The notes under the pieces: model-generated
What the model was told of the DNA's origin: nothing
Database searches by the model: none
Seen by the model: the letters and a program-made list of their open reading frames with translations, nothing else
Source of the DNA: an uncultured Chlorobiaceae bacterium
Lineage (GTDB): Bacteria; Bacteroidota; Chlorobiia; Chlorobiales; Chlorobiaceae
Length of the DNA stretch: 64,000 bases
Direction: 5' to 3'
Assembly (NCBI GenBank): GCA_903851385.1
Contig: CAINOC010000036.1
Span: forward strand, 13,273 to 77,272
Program-made: the position numbers and the translations under genes
Shown: positions 38,462 to 48,012 of the stretch, in pieces
Numbering within the stretch: position 1 is the stretch's first letter
Layout of the letters: each line of letters opens with the position of its first letter

Positions 38462-39448
38462 ATGTTAAAAAATAAAAAAATATTACTTTTCGTACCAGGT
38501 GGTGAAGGGATATATGGTTTTGAAATTAAAAAAAAGATTCAATCCCAAGGTGCTTATGTAAATGTATATAATGAAAGGCCATCAACAACAGTTCTTGGTA
38601 AAATATTTACAAGAGTATCAAAGAATATTTCAGATATTCCATTTAATTATTATATAAATAAAGTTATTGCTGAGAATATTGAAATTCAGTATGACTATGT
38701 TTTGGTAATTAGAGCTGAAGCTTTTCACCCCTCCTCTGTTAAAGCGTTAAGGAAAGCATTTCCTTTGGCGAAGTTTATTCTTTATTTATGGGATTCTATA
38801 GTTAATACTGATACATCTACAATAATACCATATTTTGATAAAGCGCTTTCTTATGATATCTGTGATGTAAATGAAAACCAATTATTATCATATCGTCCTA
38901 CTTTTTATCTCGATCAATATAAAAATATAGCTGATAAATATTATAATGAATTTGACTTGTTCTTTTTTGGTACAATCCATTCTGATAGACTTGAAGTTCT
39001 CGATAAAATTAACTTACAGCTTCATAAGCAAGGTTTAGTTCTTTATTCCTATATGTATTTCCCTGGTCGTATTATGTATTATAAGAAATATATAAACGAT
39101 AAAAATATTCGAAAATACTCTTTAAGTAAATTTCAACTCACTCTTCTTAATCTTGATCAGACTATTAATATTGTTTTAAGATCTAAAGCCTCTCTTGATA
39201 TACAGCATCCTGCGCAATCAGCTTTGACTTTAAGACCTATAGAAATGCTAGGTTCTAAACGAAAACTTGTAACAACAAATCAAAGTATTAAGTCTTATGA
39301 CTTTTATAATGAGCAGAATATTTTAGTTATTGATCGAAATAATCCTGTTTTTGATAAAGAATTCTTTTCTGTTCCATATAGGCCAGTTCCTGTGGATGTT
39401 TATAATAAATATTCATTGCAATCATGGTTAAGTGATGTTTTTTCATAA
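38462..39448 (+). CDS. AT-rich polysaccharide biosynthesis protein, probable glycosyltransferase
   Basis: YLWDS, FFGTIHSDR, LDIQH..Q.ALT.RPIEML...RKLVTTN; position in the GT run. Confidence 0.55.
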   Translation: MLKNKKILLFVPGGEGIYGFEIKKKIQSQGAYVNVYNERPSTTVLGKIFTRVSKNISDIPFNYYINKVIAENIEIQYDYVLVIRAEAFHPSSVKALRKAFPLAKFILYLWDSIVNTDTSTIIPYFDKALSYDICDVNENQLLSYRPTFYLDQYKNIADKYYNEFDLFFFGTIHSDRLEVLDKINLQLHKQGLVLYSYMYFPGRIMYYKKYINDKNIRKYSLSKFQLTLLNLDQTINIVLRSKASLDIQHPAQSALTLRPIEMLGSKRKLVTTNQSIKSYDFYNEQNILVIDRNNPVFDKEFFSVPYRPVPVDVYNKYSLQSWLSDVFS

Positions 39449-39496
39449 CTACAGATTCATTTCATTCAAAGTGATAGCCTATTATTTTTCTTTTAA

Positions 39497-40135
39497 ATGA
39501 ATTTTAAATACACAAATATCAAGCGAGCAATAGACTTATTATGTTCTTTTATTGCTATTCTTTTATCTGGATCAATTATTCTTATTTCTGCATTCCTTGT
39601 TTGGCTTGAAGATCCATCAGATTCTCCTTTTTTAAAACAGCAGAGAATTGGACTTCATGAGAACCCTTTTTTCTTATTTAAAATAAGAACTATGACATCT
39701 GAGCGCTTACGCGATGGCAGAAAACTTACTGACTCAGAACGTTTGCTCAGAACAGGCCGGTTATTTCGAAAACTGAGCATTGATGAATTACCGCAATTGT
39801 TGAATCTTATCAGGGGAGAGATGAGTTTTATCGGCCCTCGTCCTATGCCTGTTGTTTATCTTCCATATTTTACCCCAAAAGAGAGAATCCGTCACCAGGT
39901 TCGTCCTGGTATGAGTGGACTTGCACAGGTAAATGGACGAAATTTTCTCTCTTGGGAGCAGAAGTTTGCGTTTGATGTCAAATATGTCGAGAACATTAGT
40001 TTCAGTCTCGATGTAGTTATTTTTGTAAAAACTCTTTTACGTTTGGCATTCCCTTTTGATGTTGGCATTAGGGGAGAAAACCTTTCAAACACTTCACTCC
40101 ATGAAGAACGTAAACCGTGGACTCCCCAAAATTGA
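39497..40135 (+). CDS. Priming phosphoglycosyl transferase (PglC/WcaJ-like)
   Basis: KRAID, FKIRTM, RKLSIDELPQL.N...GEMS.IGPRP, RPGMSGLAQVNGRN, KFAFDVKYV. Confidence 0.92.
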   Translation: MNFKYTNIKRAIDLLCSFIAILLSGSIILISAFLVWLEDPSDSPFLKQQRIGLHENPFFLFKIRTMTSERLRDGRKLTDSERLLRTGRLFRKLSIDELPQLLNLIRGEMSFIGPRPMPVVYLPYFTPKERIRHQVRPGMSGLAQVNGRNFLSWEQKFAFDVKYVENISFSLDVVIFVKTLLRLAFPFDVGIRGENLSNTSLHEERKPWTPQN

Positions 40136-40178
40136 CCATAACTGTATGATTGAATGTATGTTCCGGGGTTTATTATAA

Positions 40179-41243
40179 ATGCACCTTAATTCTAAGCACT
40201 GGGAACAGGGCTCCAACTTTTTTTTGCCTGATTTATCACTTGACGATGACTCCCTAAGGCTTGGGTTTAAGGGTAGCTTCGTAGGTTTGGGGCGATTTGC
40301 CCTCTTAGAACTCCTTCGATTCGGCTTCGATATGCGTGGATGGAAGCGCTTGTGGATTCCTTCTTATTATTGTGAAGATGTTGTACTAAGTCTCCAGGGT
40401 AATCCAGTGATCATTAAAAGGTATCCCTGTGGGCCGGTAGGTGAAGATGTTGTTCCTGAAGCTCAAGTTGGAGACGTTCTTCTTCGTGTTTCATTTTTTG
40501 GTTGGGGTCTGAAACCGCTTGATCTTAATTTTGGCGGAGATGTTATTGAGGATCACTCTCACTATCCTCATGGTGGGTTGTCATCAAAGGCGAATTTTGT
40601 ATTTGCTTCTCTTAGAAAGGCCTTTCCCGTTCCCGATGGAGGTGTGTTCTGGTCGCCTCAAAGACACGCAATTCCAGCAGCTCCGCCTATACATTTACGT
40701 CATGAGGCAGCTGTACTTAATCGTCTTGCAGCCATGGTGATGAAGCGGGCCTACCTGCAGGGTTTTATTACTGATAAATCCTCTTACCGACAACTCGAAA
40801 TAGCATCCGAAAAACTCTTATTGGAGGGAAATCTTTCTGGAATATCGTCTTGGTCAAAAGTTATGCTTGAACATCTCCCCTATGAAGCCTTGCGGGTAGC
40901 AAGGGTTCATAATTACAGCGCGTTCCGTATTGCTATGGCAAGGTTTGATAAGTTGGAAGTGCTTGGTCCGGAAATACTTGATGCTCCAGCAATGGCAATT
41001 GTTCGTCTGGGCAATGTGATGTTGCGAGATGCACTTCGTGCTCGGTTAAATGAAGAGAATATTTATACAGCCGTGTTATGGCCAATAAGAGATATTAATG
41101 CAGTATGGTATCGTAAGGAAGATCTGGATTTTTCAAATGAAACACTTGCTGTGCACGTCGATATGCGCTATTCACCTGATGACATGAGTAAAGTAGCCGG
41201 CCGGATTGGCGCTCTTGCTGAAGCTCTATTCTCTGAACAATGA
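40179..41243 (+). CDS. Divergent PLP-dependent (DegT/DnrJ-like) protein
   Basis: IPSYYCEDV, IEDHSH, FASLRKAFPVPDGG (putative PLP Lys), RVHNY, VHVDMRY. Confidence 0.55.
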   Translation: MHLNSKHWEQGSNFFLPDLSLDDDSLRLGFKGSFVGLGRFALLELLRFGFDMRGWKRLWIPSYYCEDVVLSLQGNPVIIKRYPCGPVGEDVVPEAQVGDVLLRVSFFGWGLKPLDLNFGGDVIEDHSHYPHGGLSSKANFVFASLRKAFPVPDGGVFWSPQRHAIPAAPPIHLRHEAAVLNRLAAMVMKRAYLQGFITDKSSYRQLEIASEKLLLEGNLSGISSWSKVMLEHLPYEALRVARVHNYSAFRIAMARFDKLEVLGPEILDAPAMAIVRLGNVMLRDALRARLNEENIYTAVLWPIRDINAVWYRKEDLDFSNETLAVHVDMRYSPDDMSKVAGRIGALAEALFSEQ

Positions 41244-42304
41244 GCTTGTCACGATTTTTAAGGGCTGATGATCCTTCATGGATGCAGGCTCTGGGTCAAT
41301 GCGAATACGACATCTATCATCTTCCAGCGTATGCATCGCTTGAGGCCGTCTGGATAAAAGCTGAGCCAGTAGCATTCCGGTTTGATAACGATCAGTATAC
41401 CATGCTCTTGCCGCTTTTACTACGGCCAACTCCCGGAGGTTTCGGGTTTGATGCGGTTACCCCGTATGGATACTCGTCGCCAGTTTTCACGAATGGGGCC
41501 CCATTGGAGTTTATGATTGAGGCACTTCGCGCTTATCAGACTGCAGCTTTAGAAATAGGTCTCATAACAACATTTATGCGTCTGCACCCTATTTTGCTTG
41601 AGGACCTGCGGGGTATTGCAACGGTGTCTGCTGGTAGTTGGACCCAAACAGCACGAGGTGTCACGGTAACTATGCCTTTGGTTGGAGATCATGATATCTG
41701 GATTAGAAAAGTGGCTGGGGGGCACCGCTTGGCTATACGTCGCTTGCTTCGCTATGGCTCCCAGTTTATTATTGATTCAGATCAGGCATGGAATGCGTTT
41801 CCCGATATTTATCGTAGCACAATGGAGCGGGTTGGTGCTACAAAAAGCTATTATTATTCGGACGAATATCTTGCTGGTTTTCGTCACAAGCTTTCGGATT
41901 ATGTACACTGTGGAGCGGTTATTGATTCTTCTGGTGTAGTAATGTGTGCCGGGTTGTTTACAAGTGTTTCAGGAATTCTCCAGTACCACTTGAGTGGCAC
42001 AAAGAAAGAGTATGCCAAACATGCGCCAATGAAGCTTCTGTTGTCAAGTATGCGAAACTGGGCGCAAGAGCATAAAATAAAACATTTTCACCTTGGTGGT
42101 GGATTAGGTAGTGTCAAAGACTCACTCTATGAATTTAAACAGCAATTCGGAGGAGAAACACTGACGTTTCGAACGGTTTCAGTAGTACATGATGAAGAAG
42201 CTTATATGCGTGAATGTTTGAATTGGTGCGCACATGCGCTGGTTGGATCAGTCGAATCCAATGGTTTTTTTCCACCCTATCGTGCTCCGTATGGTAATTC
42301 GTAA
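41240..42304 (+). CDS. GNAT/FemAB-like N-acyltransferase
   Basis: DIYHLPAY, TPYGYSSP, FMRLHP, QYHLSGT, HLGGG, LYEFKQQF. Confidence 0.75.
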   Translation: MSLSRFLRADDPSWMQALGQCEYDIYHLPAYASLEAVWIKAEPVAFRFDNDQYTMLLPLLLRPTPGGFGFDAVTPYGYSSPVFTNGAPLEFMIEALRAYQTAALEIGLITTFMRLHPILLEDLRGIATVSAGSWTQTARGVTVTMPLVGDHDIWIRKVAGGHRLAIRRLLRYGSQFIIDSDQAWNAFPDIYRSTMERVGATKSYYYSDEYLAGFRHKLSDYVHCGAVIDSSGVVMCAGLFTSVSGILQYHLSGTKKEYAKHAPMKLLLSSMRNWAQEHKIKHFHLGGGLGSVKDSLYEFKQQFGGETLTFRTVSVVHDEEAYMRECLNWCAHALVGSVESNGFFPPYRAPYGNS

Positions 42305-42314
42305 TAGATCGGTT

Positions 42315-43547
42315 GTGAAAAAACTCCTAGTTTTAGGCGGTTCAGAAAAGTCGATTCCTTTAGTTCGTTATGCGATCTCTAAAGGCTATCATGTAGTGCT
42401 TTGCGACCGTGATTCTGATAACCCCTGCAGAAATTTCGTCACTCTATTCGTTCAGGTGAGCACCACTGATCTTTACGGTGTTTTGGAGGTTGCGCGCAAT
42501 CATGCGGTAGATGGTATTGTATCGTTTGGTTCTGATGTAATGGCAGCTACGTCAGCCTTTGTTGCTCAAGCGCTTGGGTTGCCATCAAATCCTTACGAGT
42601 CTGTGCTTGCCATGGGGCGCAAAGATCTATTTCGTGCTTTTTTATCATCACATGGCTTTAACTCTCCAAAGGCTACTTCTTTCTCATCGGTTGAGGATGT
42701 ATTGCTTCAGTCCAATCAATTTCAGCTTCCGGTGATGGTGAAGCCTGTTGACTCAGCAGGAAGCACAGGTGTTTCCAAGGTTATGGAATGGTCATCGTTG
42801 TCTACTGCTTTTGATATTGCCATCAGGGCATCACCGACTCAACAGGTGATTGTCGAAGAGTACATTCAGATGAGTAATGCCCACATGATTGCAGGTGATG
42901 CATTTGTTCAGGACGGTCAAGTAGTATTTTGGGGGCTTATGAATAGTCATCGATCTTCAAGTGAATACCCGTTTCTTCCTACTGGAACAAGTTATCCAGT
43001 TGCACTTGATCAGGAGCAGGAAATGACCGTAAAAAGAACAATTCAGTCAATTGTTGATGCGTTAGGGTTTCGCTTAGGGGGGATAAATTTGGAGTTGATG
43101 TATGACGAGTCCGATAATCTCTATATCATTGAGCTTGCGGCCCGTAATGGAGGGAATTATATTCCTGAACTCCTTAAACAAGCTACAGGGGTAGATCTGA
43201 TTGCAGCCTTGGTGAATGCTTCTATTGGAGAGTCGGTAGATGTCGAATCTCTTCAAAATGGAAGGTGTGTTGCAACGTATATGATACAGTCTCAAAAAAA
43301 AGGCACGTTTCAGGGTGTTATTCTGGCGGATGAAATAAAAGGTAACGTTTACCAGACCATCCTTAATGTTAAGATTGGTGATTTCATTCATGCCTTTGAT
43401 CGTGCCACTCATGCTATAGGCATCTTGTTTCTTCGCTTCGATTCAGTGGCTGAGCAGGAGATAAAACTGAGGAGTATAAGAGATTTTGTCACTGTAATTG
43501 TTGAAGAGCCAGTAATTGAGACAGGAAAATTCTCTAAAGCTATTTGA
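42315..43547 (+). CDS. ATP-grasp domain protein
   Basis: LLVLGG, RKDLFR, VMVKPVDSAGSTGV, VEEYI, IELAARNGG; GTG start at 42315. Confidence 0.82.
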   Translation: MKKLLVLGGSEKSIPLVRYAISKGYHVVLCDRDSDNPCRNFVTLFVQVSTTDLYGVLEVARNHAVDGIVSFGSDVMAATSAFVAQALGLPSNPYESVLAMGRKDLFRAFLSSHGFNSPKATSFSSVEDVLLQSNQFQLPVMVKPVDSAGSTGVSKVMEWSSLSTAFDIAIRASPTQQVIVEEYIQMSNAHMIAGDAFVQDGQVVFWGLMNSHRSSSEYPFLPTGTSYPVALDQEQEMTVKRTIQSIVDALGFRLGGINLELMYDESDNLYIIELAARNGGNYIPELLKQATGVDLIAALVNASIGESVDVESLQNGRCVATYMIQSQKKGTFQGVILADEIKGNVYQTILNVKIGDFIHAFDRATHAIGILFLRFDSVAEQEIKLRSIRDFVTVIVEEPVIETGKFSKAI

Positions 43548-43676
43548 TTCGAAGCTTTTGGATTAAAGTGATATTATTCGTTCTTAAGTAGTTTTCTTGT
43601 GTTGCTGGCCGTTGATTAGGGATGGAAGTTAGTGTAGCTTATCTGTTCCAAAAAATAAATTAGTTTTGGTATAGGT

Positions 43677-45605
43677 ATGCAACCAGCAAGTAATCTTTTT
43701 TATCGAGCAGAAATTGACGGCCTTCGAGCTATAGCTGTTTTAGCTGTTATTTTTTGCCATGCAGGTGTTTCGGGCTTTTCTGGCGGTTTCGTAGGTGTTG
43801 ATATTTTCTTCGTTATTTCTGGATTTCTTATTACTTCCATTATTCTCAAAGAAATTCATATTGGTGAATTTTCCATTGCTAGGTTTTACGAACGTCGTAT
43901 CAGAAGGATTTTCCCAGCCTTATATCCGGTAATTCTTGCCACCTTTATCGGTGCTTGGTACCTTTTTCATGTCGTTCCATTCAAGCAATTTGCCGAAAGT
44001 ATTGCCACAACAGCTCTTTTTTGTTCGAATATTTTGTTCTGGCTTAAAGCAGGTGATTATTTCGGAGCTTCTTCTGCTGAAATGCCATTACTGCACACTT
44101 GGTCGCTGGCCGTCGAAGAACAATTTTATATTGTGTTCCCGCTTTTTCTCGTTGCCATTAACCAATTTTTAAAAAGAAAATATTTCCCATGGATAGTTGC
44201 TATGGCTATTATTTCTTTTGCGGTAAGTGTATATGGGGTGAGCGAAAATAAGTCAGCGACGTTTTATCTTGCTCCAACCCGAGCCTGGGAGTTATTGGTA
44301 GGTTCTATTATAGCATTGAATGTCATTTCTTCGATCAAAAACGACTTTCTGAGAAGCAGTATCGCGGTACTTGGTATTGTTTTTATTGGGTATAGCGTCT
44401 TTTCTTATACCGAAGCTACACCATTTCCTGGGACTGCAGCGTTACTTCCTGTTTTAGGTACAGGTTTACTTCTTTTCAGTGGTCAAGGTGGTTCATCAGT
44501 TGTTGGTCAAATTCTCTCTTTTCGCCCTTTGGTTTTTACCGGTCTCATTTCATATTCACTGTATCTTTGGCATTGGCCATTGCTTGTATTTTCGAAATAC
44601 TATCTAATGAGAGTATTGACTCCAGCGGAAACTGTCGGAGCAATTGTTCTGACTTTTATTGTTTCATATTCCTCATGGAAATTTATTGAGCAACCTTTTC
44701 GTGGTAAAAACCCGGTATTTGCTAACCGTAGCTGTTTGTTTGCTGTTGCTGGTTTGTTTATGACAGTCACTGTAGTAGCCGGAATTATTGTATTTAAAAA
44801 AAATGGTGTACCTGCTCGTTTTGCCGATAATCCAATGATATTCGCTGTAGAGAATGATCCTGTTTGGAAGCCCGAAATGTGGGCAGAGGGTGACTTGGTT
44901 GGCAAGAATGTCAAAGCAGTGCGACTTGGCCAAGAAAAGGTTTCACCATCATTTGTCTTATGGGGTGATTCTCATGCAGGTGCGTTATCTCCTGGTTTAT
45001 CAAGCGTAGCAAAACGTCATGGGAGTTCTGGGTTAATTATTAGCAGAGGAGGTTTCCCGCCGTTGCTTTTGAACGGAACAAAAACGCAAAGTTATTCAAA
45101 GCAGGAGTTCGAGGATATTCTTCGTTTTATCGCAGCTCATAGAGAGCTTAAGACTGTTATTTTGGCTGCATCTTGGGGAGGCGACCAGGAACGAGATGAA
45201 TATGAGAGTTCAATACAGCGGACGGTGAATAAACTGCTCAGTATGGATCGTGATGTTGTGCTAGTAGCTGATGTGCCAAGGATGAAGTACGATATACCTC
45301 ATGCCATGTTTATGGCCTATCTGACAGGTCGTGTACTTCAGGATATTTTACCATCACAGTTAGAAGATTTATTACCAACAAGAGCCGAATACCTAAAGTA
45401 TAACTATGGAGCTCTTAAGGTTTTTAAAAAAATTGCAGCGAACCCCAGAGTCAGGATTGTCTATCCCGATTCCATGCTGCTTGATAACAATAGGTATCGT
45501 GTTTTTAAGGACAATCAGCTTTTTTACATTGATTCTGGTCATTTATCCTCAGCCGGTTCAAAATATGTGTCTCCCGTCTTTGAGCCGATATTCCAAAGTG
45601 AGTAA
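43677..45605 (+). CDS. Acyltransferase-3 / SGNH fusion O-acyltransferase (OafA/OatA-like)
   Basis: YRAEIDGLRAIAV, GFVGVD.FFVISGFLIT, RRIRRIFP, HTWSLAVEEQFY; C-terminal GDSHA...DSGH. Confidence 0.92.
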   Translation: MQPASNLFYRAEIDGLRAIAVLAVIFCHAGVSGFSGGFVGVDIFFVISGFLITSIILKEIHIGEFSIARFYERRIRRIFPALYPVILATFIGAWYLFHVVPFKQFAESIATTALFCSNILFWLKAGDYFGASSAEMPLLHTWSLAVEEQFYIVFPLFLVAINQFLKRKYFPWIVAMAIISFAVSVYGVSENKSATFYLAPTRAWELLVGSIIALNVISSIKNDFLRSSIAVLGIVFIGYSVFSYTEATPFPGTAALLPVLGTGLLLFSGQGGSSVVGQILSFRPLVFTGLISYSLYLWHWPLLVFSKYYLMRVLTPAETVGAIVLTFIVSYSSWKFIEQPFRGKNPVFANRSCLFAVAGLFMTVTVVAGIIVFKKNGVPARFADNPMIFAVENDPVWKPEMWAEGDLVGKNVKAVRLGQEKVSPSFVLWGDSHAGALSPGLSSVAKRHGSSGLIISRGGFPPLLLNGTKTQSYSKQEFEDILRFIAAHRELKTVILAASWGGDQERDEYESSIQRTVNKLLSMDRDVVLVADVPRMKYDIPHAMFMAYLTGRVLQDILPSQLEDLLPTRAEYLKYNYGALKVFKKIAANPRVRIVYPDSMLLDNNRYRVFKDNQLFYIDSGHLSSAGSKYVSPVFEPIFQSE

Positions 45606-45760
45606 GCTTGTACCCAAGAAGTCATCTTCATGATATCTACAATGAAAATACTGTCGAGAGAGTATACCATACTTGTTAATTTCTTTTTATTGATGTACTT
45701 TTTATAAGAAAAGGTTAACCAGAACCTTAAGAAGGCTAATGTAATTTCCTCATTTGTAGC

Positions 45761-47152
45761 GTGAAATCTTTTTTTTATCTGATTCTTGTAGTTATATCCT
45801 TTTCAATTTTTGGGTGCTCTCCTGAACCTGAGAAGAAAGATGATGGCCGTGTTGCCGCTATCGTCAATAGTATAGAAATTACCAAGCGTGAAGTACATAA
45901 CTTGTATGAACGTACTGCTACTCCTAGTGTCAGTGCAGAGGTTCGCCGTAATCAGGAACGCGCTATTTTAGCTGGTTTGGTTCGCGGTGAACTGCTAGCT
46001 CAGAAGGCTGTAGCTGAGAATTTGGATCGTTCTCCTGAGTCTGTACTGACATTGTACGAAGCCCGTCGTCAGGTTCTTGCCGTAATGGCTGAAAAGAGTA
46101 TGCTTGCTTCAGTTAAACCTCTCTCTGATGATGCATTGCAATTTGTTGTTAAACAAAACCCCCTTATTTTCGGTGAGCGTAAGTTGCTAGTTTATGAGCA
46201 GGTCTTGATGCCTGTCGTGGATGTTCCTTTTCTTCAGTCTCTTAATCATGCAGTGGATAAAGGCGCTTCGCTTTCGCAGCTGGTAGATTCTATCAAAGCT
46301 AAAAAACTGCAGTATCAAGAGGTTACGCAAACGCAGTCAACCGATCAGATGCAGCCGGCTATTGCTCGTATTTTGAGCAATGCAAAGCCGAATGCGCCTA
46401 TTATTATGCGTGTTGAAGATAAGTTTGCCATGGTGTTGATGTTGCGGAGTGCACTCCCTATTCCACTTGTTGGGGATGCAGCGTTGCAGACTGCACGCAA
46501 CATTACCAACACACAACTCCGTAATCAGGAATTCGCCAAAAAAATGAAGGATGTTGTTGATGCATCCAAAATTACCTATTTCGGTGAGTATGCCCCTGGT
46601 GCCGTTGTCCAAAAAGGAGCTGGGCAATTGGTTCCATTGCCTACAGTTGATACAAACAGGGTAGTCGAAGAGAAATCACAAAGCCTTGAGGTTGGAGTTG
46701 CAATTGGAGTGGCATATATGTTTGCCGTGTTGTTGCTGACATTCTGGATGCGGCTCTTTCTTGGTAAGTTCTGGCAGCCTTTTATGTCGCATAAGTCGAA
46801 GAAGGGCAAATCTGTTGAAGGTGAATCGCATAGAGAAGATCATCATGATGATGAAATATTGAATCCGGTATATAAGCCACCTGTTTATATCCGGAGTTTT
46901 CTTTTCTTTGATGCTGTTGGAATTATTCTTACTCTTGGCTATCAAATGATTCTGTTATGGGGAAAAACTCCGGAATGGATTACTGGTTTATCGGTACTTT
47001 CCGGTCTTTTGCTCGGTGTTGTTTTCAGTTATATCTTTTCTCTCGCCCTTTTTAGGAAGTTGACGCAGAATATGCGTTTTCTACCTCTCCTCTTCTTTTC
47101 TTTTTGTGTTGTTGCTGCTGTAATTGCCTCCAAGCGCCTTATCGGCTTATGA
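45761..47152 (+). CDS. EpsD-like (SurA/PPIase-family) lipoprotein with C-terminal multi-TM extension
   Basis: Lipobox SIFGC; VNSIEIT, LVRGELLAQKA...LDRSP...ARRQVLA; about 3 extra TM helices after residue ~310; GTG start. Confidence 0.65.
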   Translation: MKSFFYLILVVISFSIFGCSPEPEKKDDGRVAAIVNSIEITKREVHNLYERTATPSVSAEVRRNQERAILAGLVRGELLAQKAVAENLDRSPESVLTLYEARRQVLAVMAEKSMLASVKPLSDDALQFVVKQNPLIFGERKLLVYEQVLMPVVDVPFLQSLNHAVDKGASLSQLVDSIKAKKLQYQEVTQTQSTDQMQPAIARILSNAKPNAPIIMRVEDKFAMVLMLRSALPIPLVGDAALQTARNITNTQLRNQEFAKKMKDVVDASKITYFGEYAPGAVVQKGAGQLVPLPTVDTNRVVEEKSQSLEVGVAIGVAYMFAVLLLTFWMRLFLGKFWQPFMSHKSKKGKSVEGESHREDHHDDEILNPVYKPPVYIRSFLFFDAVGIILTLGYQMILLWGKTPEWITGLSVLSGLLLGVVFSYIFSLALFRKLTQNMRFLPLLFFSFCVVAAVIASKRLIGL

Positions 47153-48012
47153 GCCTCAAACCACAGTCTTCATGGCTATCTTGGTTCCTGTTTGTTGCTG
47201 TTTTGCTGCATTCGGTAGTTAAGTACTCTTTCTCGCCTGAGATTCAAGGTGACTTGTTGTTGTTGTACCCGACACTCTTAGCGGTTTTATGGATGGAGCG
47301 CAATAGCATATTCGAAACCTTTCGCAGCAGTGCCTTAGGTCATCCTGTGTTGGGATTTGTGCTTTTTATAGTAGGATCTTTTTTCGCTGTAGCTGGTGGG
47401 GTGGCGCCTTCATTAGTTGCTGAAGTTTTAGGGTTGTTTTTTATTGCTGCAGGATTTGTTGCATCTTTCGCTCCTTCCAATTATCTTCGTTCATCATTAT
47501 TCATTGCTTTTGCTGGTATTGTTATAGTGATCCTTGGCTCTATTGGCCCTTCGCTCTTATCGTCCGAACTGGCCGTTACGTTAGCTGCACTTTCAGCCAA
47601 AGTACTCAGCGCTACAATTCTGCCTGTTGTCGCAAACGGAGTCACCCTCTATTTTGGTCAATATAGTGCCACTGTGACCAAAGACTGTTCAGGGATGAAT
47701 TCCATTTTTTCATTGACAGCACTTTCTATTCTTTACCTCCGTGAGGGAGTGAATCGTAAACCATGGCATATTGCCTTGATGGTCGCAAGTATCATTCCAG
47801 TGGCGGTGCTTACCAATTTTATGAGAGTGATGCTTGTGGTACTTGCCACTTGGTACGTGGGTGATTGGTTTGCCCAGAGCATTTTCCATGAGACCATTGG
47901 TGTTGTAGCTTTTGTCCTGGCACTTCTGCTCCTGACATTTATCGATAGGTTATTGCTTTTTGCAAACTCTCTTGTAAAGCCTAATGATGGGAGCACTCAT
48001 GCGCCTGACTAA
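47149..48012 (+). CDS. Exosortase (EpsH family)
   Basis: About 8 TM helices; catalytic triad motifs DCSGMNS (Cys), TNFMRV (Arg), FHETIG (His). Confidence 0.9.
   Translation: MSLKPQSSWLSWFLFVAVLLHSVVKYSFSPEIQGDLLLLYPTLLAVLWMERNSIFETFRSSALGHPVLGFVLFIVGSFFAVAGGVAPSLVAEVLGLFFIAAGFVASFAPSNYLRSSLFIAFAGIVIVILGSIGPSLLSSELAVTLAALSAKVLSATILPVVANGVTLYFGQYSATVTKDCSGMNSIFSLTALSILYLREGVNRKPWHIALMVASIIPVAVLTNFMRVMLVVLATWYVGDWFAQSIFHETIGVVAFVLALLLLTFIDRLLLFANSLVKPNDGSTHAPD

Noticed and set aside
46630-46760. VPLPT before a TM helix in the EpsD-like protein as a PEP/VPLPA-CTERM sorting signal
   Set aside because: It is internal, about 13 residues too far from the TM helix, and lacks the basic tail.
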